A DNA stretch of 62,780 nucleotides, filler included, from Choristocarpus tenellus KU-1152 (lineage: Eukaryota; Protista; Phaeophyceae), in the NCBI GenBank assembly GCA_964200185.2. It is 10 parts of 10 records of this genome, joined end to end, with 100 filler letters (N's around TTAATTAATTAA, not from the genome) between each part and the next. Parts side by side here need not be neighbours in the genome. Positions count along the whole stretch, not along the records: positions 47,643 to 52,969 come from CAXNAD020011144.1; positions 53,070 to 58,472 come from CAXNAD020010898.1; positions 58,573 to 62,780 come from CAXNAD020015691.1; 7 more parts are not named here. One strand, given 5' to 3'. Positions 52,784 through 62,780 of this stretch are shown here, piece by piece. The position numbers were made by a program, and so were the translations under genes. The notes beneath the pieces were generated by a model. That model worked only from the letters and a program-made list of their open reading frames with translations, had not been told where the DNA came from and did no database searches. Positions within the stretch are counted from its first letter, which is position 1. Each line of letters opens with the position of its first letter.

Positions 52784-53429
52784 GATTTTGTACGCACATA
52801 AATATTTGTTCTAATTATCGTCCCATAACATCTACAAATTGTTAGCAGAAGGAATCATAAGGTAATAAGTTACATACATTGTACATGTTGAAAGCATGTT
52901 TGTCTGTTATTACTCCGTTATTGCCGTATGTCATACACCGTTATACCGTGGTACCGAGTGAGGTTCCCANNNNNNNNNNNNNNNNNNNNNNNNNNNNNNN
53001 NNNNNNNNNNNNNTTAATTAATTAANNNNNNNNNNNNNNNNNNNNNNNNNNNNNNNNNNNNNNNNNNNNCCGGGTGCACCGACCCGGCCCAGAACACAAC
53101 ACCATCATACAATTCCAAGAAAAAAGCGAGCCCAAGTTTCAATCTGGAAATTGGGTCCACCAGACCAATCACTGTTATTCTTTGCCGCAAGCGTAAGAAG
53201 GCATGTCAGAACCAATTCATCCTGTCACATTCGTCCTCAAAACACGCAATACTCTCGAAACCCTATTTTGTCCACATTCCAAGAACATAAATACTTTCAA
53301 GGTACTCGTGTTCACCCAATAACAAGGCAGGATACAATACAGTTTGAAGTATTTGACCCCACCCAGACTGACCCACCCCCCCCCCCCCCCCCCCCCCCAT
53401 GTGCGGAACAACATGTCTTTGACGTTTTC

Positions 53430-53464
<35 letters not shown>

Positions 53465-54469
53465 TACGCCACCCCAAAAAATGTTGTCCTTCTTGGAGGG
53501 TGGGAAGTAAAAACAAGAGTTGAAGTGACCGGTGTCACGTAAGCACCTGAACTCAGAGGTACAAACATGGAACATTTCATGATCATAGAACACCCAAAAC
53601 AGGTTTAACATGAATGCAATACCCACAACACTCCAATGGTATGTTGACAGCACTTCCCCACCCGCGAGAAGAGCTAGACCTTTGTATTTAGTTCAAATCA
53701 CTGTCGTCAAACCCTAACCCTATCTCAAACACATAGATACAGAGTGGTTTCGACACACAAAAAGAGAGGTTTAGACATTTTGGGTGACTGGTACTATACA
53801 CTTTCTACACCACTGCTCTGTACAACACACCAAGTTTCACATGCACAACAGAAACCCCCATAGCCAGGTTTGCACCAGAAGAGAAACACTCACAAAAGGG
53901 TTTACCCCAACTAAGCCAATACCCTTCTCCTAACATACAGCAAGGCGTATTTTTGGCAGTCTCTAGGGATCCTTACAATGCAGCCGCCTGCACCTCTCAG
54001 TTAGTATCACTTGCACCAGGTTTACCACAACAGACTTCCCACCCCACCCCACTCTGAAAGGTAAGCCTTGCATTGGCACAGTGGCATGCGCAACAGCAAT
54101 AATACGTCCAGTGCAATCAAGCTGTACGTGTAACACAACACAGTCAGTTTCTGTCACAGATAAACTTCCTCCTGGATAATTATCACTAACCCCTCACACC
54201 AAAGAAATGCATTATCACTAAAAGGCACAACAAAACACATCCCTTCCTCCTATCACACACATCACACACATCCCCACACACAAACATCTTCTAAACATCT
54301 TCTCTACCCCTCCTATCCAATCTCACCCACCAAACACACACACACACACAGCACCATCACCCCAGTCCAAAAAACGCCTATACACACCTCTACAACCCCC
54401 CGCCCGCTTCAACATTCCCCACCACAAATCACACCACACCACACCAAACCACAGAGCAAAAACACTGCC

Positions 54470-54535
54470 CTAACACTAACACTAACACCAACACTAACAC
54501 TAACACTAACACCAACACCAACACCAACACCAACA
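54470..54535. repeat. (ACACTA/ACACCA)n microsatellite; other SSRs: (GT)n ~27645-27681, (TTTA)n ~40650-40720, (TA)n ~43416-43453, (CAT)n 55714-55751, (AAT)n 56975-57032
   Basis: Directly visible. Confidence 0.9.
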
Positions 54536-54549
54536 ATAAAAACACTCAC

Positions 54550-55713
54550 CCCAACAAACAGCGATGCAAACCCAAGCAGGAGCGTGATGATACACAGACC
54601 CGGAGCTGTCACCAAGAACTTGACCTTATCCCACTTGCGATCAACGCCGCTATCATCCCCCCGCTTCAACAGGTGCACCCACACAAACCACGGAAGAGAG
54701 ATCCCCCACACAGCAACCGCCCCAATCGCCCCAAAAGGCCCCATCACTAGCCAAAACAACAAACAAGCCACTCGTTCCTTGACCATGGGCTGCATTGATC
54801 TCTTCTGGATCAAGGGCCGAATGACCAGCCACAGGGCCATGTGTACCAAGTTAAGTGGGGGGGGGAGGACGCCATGGTCCACCACTCGTGCCCAGTGCTG
54901 GACAGTCAATGTATGGGTGAAGTGAAACTGCCAGGGGAAAGAACGCCAAATATATTTCGAAAATCGCAACGGGGAGGCGGGTGATGGAGCGTTAAGAAGA
55001 AATCTATCTCACTTCATAATGTGGTCTAACTTGAAAAAACATACCAAACCAATCAGAAAAGGTTAAGTTGACTTCCAATAGCAACACAAAGACATTCTCA
55101 ATTTTTCAAATCACTCAGAGTAAACTCCCTGTATGACTGCTTGTATTATTCAACCCTGCTACTTCCATGTACAATGTACTATCTCCACACGTAGTGCTCT
55201 GGAGCGGAAAAGCTGTGCATATACAGTGCTACAGGGCGCTAACATGACACCCCCGGACACCCCCCCTCCAGAACGCAATCAAAAAAGGTCTGGGAAGACA
55301 GTCAACATGATCACAAAATGGCGGTCCAGAATACTGTGCTTCACTGTTTACAACATGCTTACAATAAAACGAGAATAGTCAACCTCATGAAAAAAAAACA
55401 GAAAATGTAGCAATCGGCACAAAATTTAACCATTTTTGCACCAACCCTCAGTGTACAGACAACGCCCTTTGTGCACATAAAATCCAATAACACACTCCCT
55501 ATTTCCAGCCTAGACAATGGAAAGATGCACTAAAATATAATATTTTTTAAAAAAATAAGAAAAAAAGCAATAGAAACCAAACAATAACCTTTTTGGTGCT
55601 TCTAACATCACACACTACATTCAAAATACCTAACGGATTCTTCAACTCATTTCTCACACAAAAATATGGGTATTTTATTTTAAAATCAAAATTTTCACTC
55701 TTCTGTGCCACTA

Positions 55714-55751
<38 letters not shown>

Positions 55752-56987
55752 CCATCCCCAGTAGAGGGGCGATCAACACGCATCAGTCACCATCAAAAAG
55801 AAACATATATATATATATATATAAATATAAATAAATATAAATATACACTTGGTACAAGATCGAGATTAAAACCTGATCCTCTCCTCAATCTGCATGCATG
55901 TATGATACCCAGGGCAAGAGGTCTTCACACTACCACCCAACCAGCAGCAACATCAGACCGAACATAGATACATCTCACCCTAGCGTGAGCTTTCTTGTGA
56001 ACATCAGAGTGGGCTGTAGAAAGGAAAGCAATCAGCAAGTTGAGCAGCATGATTGACATTATGGTCAAGAACGCCATCAATAGTGCAACTCCTGCCTCTC
56101 CGTACCTGTCGCATCACAAAAAAGATATAATTATAATAAAAAATATAATTAACACAAACGGTAACAATAACACAGACACACCAATCAAAAGACAGCCAGG
56201 GAGGCAGTTTAAAGAAAAAATTATTTCAATACTGAGGGGGTGAAAGAGAAGCAGTGGCAGACACTATTGAAAGAGACTGAAAAGAGAGGACCAACATATA
56301 AAAAGAGAAAATAAAGTGTGTGTGGATTGTGTGTGTGTCTTTACAAACCAATGAAAGAGTGCGGAAGGTAATGTTAAAAATATTGTAGCAGTTTCATCAG
56401 CATAAAATATAAAATATTAAAGTATAATATTCTCACCACAGCACCAACTATAGAGATTGTACAGCGACTTTAAAAAAAAAAAAAGCAGTTTCATCAGCAA
56501 TACAATAGCACCCACCAAAAATATTTTATTGTTATTACAACTAATGATTGGCAGTGGTACTGTACACTAGACCAGTACTGCCAGCGGTTTACATCATACC
56601 AGGGCATTGCACCATCCCTACTCCCTCATGTCTTCAACTATGTGGAAATCAAGGGATTTCCATAAACATTTGTGACCCCCTTTCCAAAAAAATAATAAAA
56701 TCCTTCGTTGATACAATAGTATGCATAAACAAAATAAACTCTGTAGGGAAAATAGGTATCATCTTGTGCATCATACAATATCTTCTGACTTAAACTCAAT
56801 TGATCGTACCATTCCACAAACTACAAACTACAAACTCAGCCTGATGTCAACCCCCCCCCCCCCGACTGAATTACAGCTCCTGTGGGTGGGAGTGGGGCAA
56901 GTGCGCAACCATCACAGGTACTACCCTAGGTGGGATATTAAACCGCTTTTTAAAGTCTGAAATAACTACTCCACAATAATAATAATG

Positions 56988-57018
<31 letters not shown>

Positions 57019-57259
57019 TAATAATAATAATAGAGTAACCATCAATAGGTGGCTTGTCAACAACCCTCCAGTACTTTTCAACAGCCAAGAATACCAACCC
57101 TAAATTGGTACATCATAAACAAAAATAAAACAATACACCAATCCCGGGAAACAAGACATACCTCACTCCTGCAAACTCATTGAAGTCAAAATCCCCAAAC
57201 ATGGCACGGAAGAGAGTCAGTGCCGACTCAAAGTACGATGTGTAGTTGGGCAGGTATAC
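54550..57259 (-). CDS. TRP/polycystin-like cation channel, internal exons 57259-57162, 56105-55979, 54927-54550
   Basis: Pore helix SALTLFRAMFGDFDF, S6 MSIMLLNLLIAFLS, TRP-box-2-like LPPPLNL. Junctions are phase-consistent GT-AG. Confidence 0.85.
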
Positions 57260-57344
57260 CTGAAATCGACACAAGGCATGCAACGTCAGACTTGAAGCAT
57301 GATACATTTTTAACAAGCACTGCAGGGTTAGGACTTCATTGACA

Positions 57345-57374
57345 CCCTAACCCTAACCCTAACCCTAACCCTAA
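57345..57374. repeat. Interstitial telomere-like (CCCTAA)5
   Basis: Five perfect units in intronic context. Confidence 0.92.
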
Positions 57375-58572
57375 AAAACAAAAACAAGTGCAGATGAGAG
57401 ATGACAAAAAAAGTCTGAACAAATATCTGTGAAGCCATGGGACAATCAAGCTCTATAATCAGATCATCAAAATCCTCTATCCTGGTTGAGCCCCCCCCCC
57501 CCTAACAAAGGAGGAGTTGCACATCACCATCAGGCCACGCAACACTAAGGTCAACAGAACGGTTCACTGGAATTTTTGAGAACTTAAAAAAAAATAGAGG
57601 AAAATGTCAAAAATACAAATCGTCTGCATGGGGGGCAGGCATACAGGCAGTTAATTATCAAGGTCAGGCAGGGACCAGCAAATTAAAAAGAGTATCTTCT
57701 CAACACAACCTTAGGGGAAAAAATACACACACAAAGAGAGCTGCACAAAAAAAATAAACATAACGAAAGAGAAGTGCAGAGGGTAGAGTGTTCCTAATAC
57801 AAGCATAGATGAGGTGGAGAAGTGTTCTGCACAACTAGATCAACACCGCCAGTTTCATTTTTACACCTGAAACGGAAAAGGCGTGCTCAACTGGTTGTGT
57901 ATGCATGTGCATTCATGGGCAACATCAGATAAACACTTATCTCAAACGTATCCGAGCATAAACCTTAACTATCCCACACTCCGACATTGCTAGATTTTGC
58001 ACAAATATGCATTAAATTGTCGTCAACCCTCCCTCCCACCAGAACACCACGTACAGATGTCCTACAATACATTTTCAATACAACACATTTATTTAGCCTA
58101 CAAAAACTCACTTCAGAAATGTCAGAGTATTGAAGTCCCCTGGTTAATCCAAGCCCCGTTCAGTAGAATTCAATAGTGCACCCAAGGTTGTCAATATTCA
58201 CCAATTTGCATGGGATGGGGACAGGGAGACAGAGCAGGAGGAAGGAACGTAAGCACTAAGTGGGACATAAACGATATATAAATGGGACACGAAATGGGAC
58301 ATAACCTCCTGAAAAAAAGCGCTTGGAACATGACACCTTTACAGTGCCACATGAGAGATATCCTTTTGCTATGAATCACAAAGTGCATACCGTAGGCTTT
58401 CCCACCCCCATCCCTTCCCACCAGAACACCACGTACAGATGTCCTACAATACATTTTCAATACAACACATTTNNNNNNNNNNNNNNNNNNNNNNNNNNNN
58501 NNNNNNNNNNNNNNNNTTAATTAATTAANNNNNNNNNNNNNNNNNNNNNNNNNNNNNNNNNNNNNNNNNNNN

Positions 58573-59420
58573 TCCCGGACTTACAAGTCTTGTACAGGCA
58601 GCCCTTTGCTGACAAGCTTCCTCTGGTTTTCTTTTCTGGCTCCAACCCTGGTCCAGCTAATTCCTCCGCCTCTTAAGACGGTGTCGCTCTCCTTGCCCGA
58701 CAAACGATCTGAAGGTTTCCTTTACCTCCACAGTTGTAGCATATTCCTTCAAAAGAACAAGGACCAATATGCTTGATCAGTCCACAGTTTAAACATCTTC
58801 TATTGGTCCTGATCTCGTCTCTAGTAGGGGATCTTGTTGTAATATGGTCCGTACGTTGACCATTTGTATCTTGGTGGCCTCTTCCGCTGACCTTCTGTGT
58901 TCTCTTCCATGAGTTTATGGTCCCAGCGGCTAGAGTTCTCCCAGGCTCCCCACGGTTAGCTCCTCCTTTCCTTTCTGGTGGAGGCGTAGTTACTGCTCTT
59001 GCTAATGTCCTGCCCCCCTAGTGGCGGATACAGCAATTGCTTTTCTCATTCCGTAACCAAGAATCTTGGGGTCTCCAATCGATGTGTGTGCCCCCTTCAG
59101 GGACAAGTGTTGTCATGACTGCTCTAGGTCCATACGTAGATTCTTGTGGCTCAGACGCAGGCTCAGGCTCAGGATTGCAGCTCCGGCTGCATTGCCTCGA
59201 TTAACTCCGTCATCTTGTCCCTGGGTCCCACTGCTCAATATTCGGCATGGCATACCAGGTATCCAAAGTATCTTCTTGACCTCCAGTTCTTGCTTGTTAT
59301 CGATCGTACCATATCTGTCTCGTTAGCCTCCAGCTTCCATTTGTGTCGAAGGTGCAGGTTCACTTTGTTGGGATGACGATGATGATACTATTCTGACAGA
59401 AGCTACCACTGAGCGCATAT
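58573..59420 (-). mobile_element. Degenerate retrotransposon gag with two zinc knuckles
   Basis: Minus strand 58810-58685 reads RRCLNCGLIKHIGPCSFEGICYNCGGKGNLQIVCRARR, two degenerate CX2CX4HX4C motifs. It is not in the ORF track. Stops interrupt the upstream frame. Confidence 0.7.
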
Positions 59421-59822
59421 AAGTATTGGCATTATATGATGATCGACCTCTTTGTACGAATATCTCAGCCGTGCCCGAGACATCGTTTGTTGCGATCTGC
59501 CCCCCTCCCCCCCCACCCTGTCAGATACACCGATTTTCATTTATCTATTTTCTCGGGCAAGTTATTGGACTTGTAACACATTGCAGTGGGCGAACGGGGC
59601 AAGGGGTAGGTGGGAAGCGGTCGCGGGACACACACGGTAGGCAGTAGTGAGCAACACATTGCAGTTGACAGAAAGACCACGAGAGAAAAAAAAGATCAAC
59701 AGCGAAAAGATAAACAATTGGCTGACTGACGATGAACCAAACAAAGGAAACTCGGTAACAACTTGGTAGATCAGAAGTGTCATCAGGCGATCATGGAATA
59801 ACAACAACACTCCACCACCCAC

Positions 59823-60261
59823 CGTTGGTAATTGGCCTCTCTTCTGCTTGGTTGAACTCCATGTAGACCTGCATCATGAAAGCGCGTTCGGGATCAAACT
59901 CTCTCTTCAGCACCGTTATTATATGGTTTCCGTCCAGTGTACGTCCTTGAATGGCAAGCGCGGTTTCGGCGGTGAGCTGGTCGCCATTACCTAAAGAGTC
60001 ATCATGGATTACCACAGATGGAGCAAACTGCTCCAGCCAGCCTTTCTCGTGGATAGACTTGCTGACGCGCGCAAGGCTACGCTCGCTCAGTGGACGCACC
60101 ATCTCCGTGCATGTGATGTTGCCGAGTTTCATCTGGTACGTGCCGAGGTAGTGATGTTCTAGGAGCGAGGGCATGCCCTTCAGATCGCTGTCCCATGTTC
60201 TCGATCCGTGGGCAGCGCCATTGGCGGGCGGGTGGGTTGTTGTTGAGCGAATGCTGGACAT
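59823..60261 (-). CDS. ParB/Srx-fold N-terminal domain protein, first exon (possibly pseudogene)
   Basis: VRPLSERSLARVSKSIHEKGWLEQFAPSVV...RTLDGNHIITVLK matches the ParB-N pattern R..l..SI...G....p.vv...DGxHR. The Arg position is ATA (Ile), one base from AGA. Probable donor GTGGGT after 59823. Confidence 0.65.
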
Positions 60262-60358
60262 GGCGAAGGTTGGGAGGGTGTGACGCGGATCGGTAAATAA
60301 CAGGTGCGTGTGATATGTACTGAAGGGAATGAATTGAAATGAGCACTGAGGGATGGGA

Positions 60359-60841
60359 GGTGCTGCTTTATTTCATCCGGTCATTGGGTCCTCAAAACTC
60401 AGATTTGTCTTTCCCTTGACAATTGTGTTACAAGAAATACGAATATCGAACAGCATACGATTTCAAATTGGAAAGAGACAGAGAGTAACAATTTTTTGTG
60501 ACCTTTTCGTTTCGTACCTTTTAAGCGTATTGGATCAATGAAGGATGTGATTTGTAATTGTATTTGTTGATGTAAAGATTAGAATATTATTATTATTTCG
60601 GTGCTGCTTTATTTCATCTGGTCGGTTGGTCCTCAAAACTCAGATTTGTCTTACCCTTGACAATTGTGCCATAAAAAATACGAACATCGAACAGCATACG
60701 ATTTTATATTGGAACGAGACTGAGAGTAACAATTTTTTGTGATCTTTTCGTTTCCTACCTTTCAAACGTATGGGATCAATGAAGGATGTGGTTTGTATCT
60801 GTATTTGTTGATGTAAAGATTAGAATATCATTCTAATTTCG
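60359..60841. repeat. Tandem duplication, 2 x ~241 bp
   Basis: Copies begin GGTGCTGCTTTATTTCATC at 60359 and 60600. Confidence 0.95.
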
Positions 60842-60849
60842 TAAAAACC

Positions 60850-61390
60850 CTAACGCACGTGTTTTGGGTGTTCAAGGGTAAATGCGATCCGGACGGATCT
60901 TTAATACCATAGATCCGCTTTTTTGTGGTCTCTAGTGTTTATTTAAATACTAAAGACGCCAAGAAGTGGATTTAGTATTTAAATAAATTGTGGGTACCAG
61001 TTGGAAGTGTCCTTTTAGTTTCTGAAAATTGAAAACGTGTGAGACCCATAAAGCGCATTCTTGGTATTTTCAAAAACTCTAAGAACGGTTATTACTGGAT
61101 TTACTATTTATAAAAATACTAACGCACGTGTTTAGGGTGTTCACGAGTAAAACCGATCCGATCGGATCGGTTTTACACAAAGAACGACTTTGTGTCGCCT
61201 CTACAATTTACAAGAATCCAAATGTCCAATTTGGTAAGATTTCGTACTTCAAAAATGTAGAGGGTGCTAGTTGTTTTTTGACGTTTTAGTTACTGAACAT
61301 TGGAAACGTACAATATCAATGAAGCATGTGCTTTGTATTTTAAACAATTTGTAAGTACGGATATAATCGGATTTACAACTTCCTAAAAAC
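60850..61390. repeat. Diverged ~270-bp tandem repeat carrying palindromes
   Basis: CTAACGCACGTGTTT.GGGTGTTCA at 60850 and 61119. A 17-bp perfect inverted repeat at 60938-60954/60971-60987 and a 30-bp perfect palindrome at 61147-61176. Confidence 0.85.
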
Positions 61391-61622
61391 GTTATACACG
61401 GATTTCAGGATCATGGATCTCAGGGTGGTCCCACGGATAGCCGGGAGCTCAAACTAAGTTGGTTTCGGAACATTGGAAACGTACAATATCAATGAAGTAT
61501 GTGCTTTGTATTTTTAAAGAACTGTAAGTACGGATATAATCGGATTTACAACTTCCTAAAAAAGTTATACACGGATTTTCAGGATCATGGATCTCAGGGT
61601 GGTCCCATGGATAGCCGGGAGC
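61295..61622. repeat. Near-identical duplication, period ~173 bp (61295-61448, 61468-61622)
   Basis: Both copies run GAACATTGGAAACGTACAATATC ... GGATAGCCGGGAGC. Confidence 0.95.
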
Positions 61623-61707
61623 CAAACAAAGTTCATACGCCCGCCTTCGAATCTAATCACTCCTAGACCTTCTCACTGCCCAAGACCGCCTGTTGCCCGA
61701 AAACACC

Positions 61708-62179
61708 ATGGCAGTTGCTTCCACAGCAAGGGGGTGGCTTTTGTCGCCTGTGTCTCCCCCTGTGTTGCCCCCTCACCAGCCCGCCAACAATGATGCACTG
61801 GAGCTTTTTACCAATGGCGCTTCAGCAACCGGCACCAAGCTTCGCCGAGGATGGGCTGAACCCATCGCAGTCAACGAACAGGGTGACTGCTGCAAGTGCT
61901 TAGCCTGTGTGAAGAAGTTCGCGGCAGATAGCGAGTCCTTGCACGCACGTTGGCCAAAGAGAAGGACATCATCCGGGCGTGTGAGAACCGCTGCGATCGC
62001 AATCACTTCGTTGGCGACTGTGTACCTGTGACAAAATTGGGACCTGGAGGCGGATCTATGCTCACGGCCAGCATTCCCGTCTGTATGCAGTTTTTCAAGG
62101 CATCGTTCGGAATATCCAATCATGTCATCAACGCTTGCAAAGGCACACCTAACGCAAGAGCATTCACCAGAGTGGAGAG
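61708..62179 (+). pseudogene. 5' exon of a Sola-like transposase, frameshifted near 61950
   Basis: GDCCKCLACVKKF, then after the frameshift IPVCMQFFKASFGISNHVI. This resembles the Cys-rich 'C.C..C..kF ... VC..FF...fGIS' N-terminus of Sola-type transposases. Donor GTGGGT at 62180. No DDD core in the window. Confidence 0.5.
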
Positions 62180-62701
62180 GTGGGTTTGACGTATGTACAC
62201 AGTGTTATTTGTACCCGGTATATTCTCCCCCCTGCTTGATGATTGAACAGTAGTCCTATCTCAGAACAATGTAATCCGACCGTACTCACCACATTCACTT
62301 TGCAGTTACCAAGCCTAGATGTCTGATATACAAAGTTAGAGATCCCTCCAGTGTGGAGTTATGTGTTACCTATGTGCGTATATACACGTGCGATATGTTT
62401 TTTTATGCTGCCCGTGGAAGAGTACACATTTCAACTCTCAGTCATGATACTCACCTTTCTGTTCAAAACCCCTTTCCCAAGCAATGACTCGACTTGTTCG
62501 CCATTGTAGAAACTTCAGGCCGCGTAGAACAGAGAGGGCACATCGGGTGTAAAACTCTGTGGGCTACAGGGAATCAATCAGGCAGCAGAAAATTATCCAT
62601 CCTAGCAACTCCAACCGCAGCACAACAGAGGATGCTGAGAACGCCACGAGCAACACTGGCACGTCTAAGACTGAAGAATGATGCAAAACGACTGAAGTAC
62701 T

Positions 62702-62780
62702 GGGCCAAAGTATCTGGGAGGGGGGGGGGGGTTGCACTGGGGCGTCCAAATGGGCCCTCCTATATGTCCTGGAAATGGTA
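62702..62780. mobile_element. Family-2-related MITE terminus, truncated by window end
   Basis: GGGCCAAAGTATCTGGGAG-polyG TIR. Confidence 0.7.

Noticed and set aside
47643-52969. LHCF captured by a transposon, because segments adjacent in contig 5 recur around it
   Set aside because: The first shared segment (48359-48403, similar to 36896-36941) lies inside the LHCF intron, so it does not flank the gene. Independent dispersed repeats are the simpler explanation.
58031-58472. ~60-bp direct repeat (58031-58092 and 58413-58472) as an LTR pair
   Set aside because: No TG..CA ends, and the second copy is cut by the contig end. More likely a larger tandem unit that broke the assembly.

Overview
This is eukaryotic DNA, not one locus. 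It is 10 short contigs joined by artificial 100-bp spacers (N44-TTAATTAATTAA-N44), so adjacency across spacers means nothing. The source is a photosynthetic stramenopile, most likely a brown alga: there is an LHCF/FCP gene with a brown-algal-type presequence, many GT-AG introns of roughly 0.3-2 kb, and interstitial TTAGGG repeats. Spliced genes reconstructed by hand: a Fe(II)/2OG dioxygenase, the 3' half of ASNSD1, a complete 8-exon BCD1/ZNHIT6, the 3' end of TTC5, and part of a TRP-like channel. There is also an LHCF pseudogene whose substitutions fall mostly at inferred ancestral CpG sites, which suggests cytosine methylation. Mobile DNA includes two related TIR-MITE families (one with 4-bp TSDs and GAG termini, Sola-like, including a nested insertion), two gag relics and a DDE-transposase relic. 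The best candidate for an undescribed system is in the last contig: a ParB/Srx-fold gene divergent from a Sola-like transposase 5' region, separated by an AT-rich spacer of tandem repeats and perfect palindromes. All family assignments come from motif recognition by eye and need HMM confirmation.
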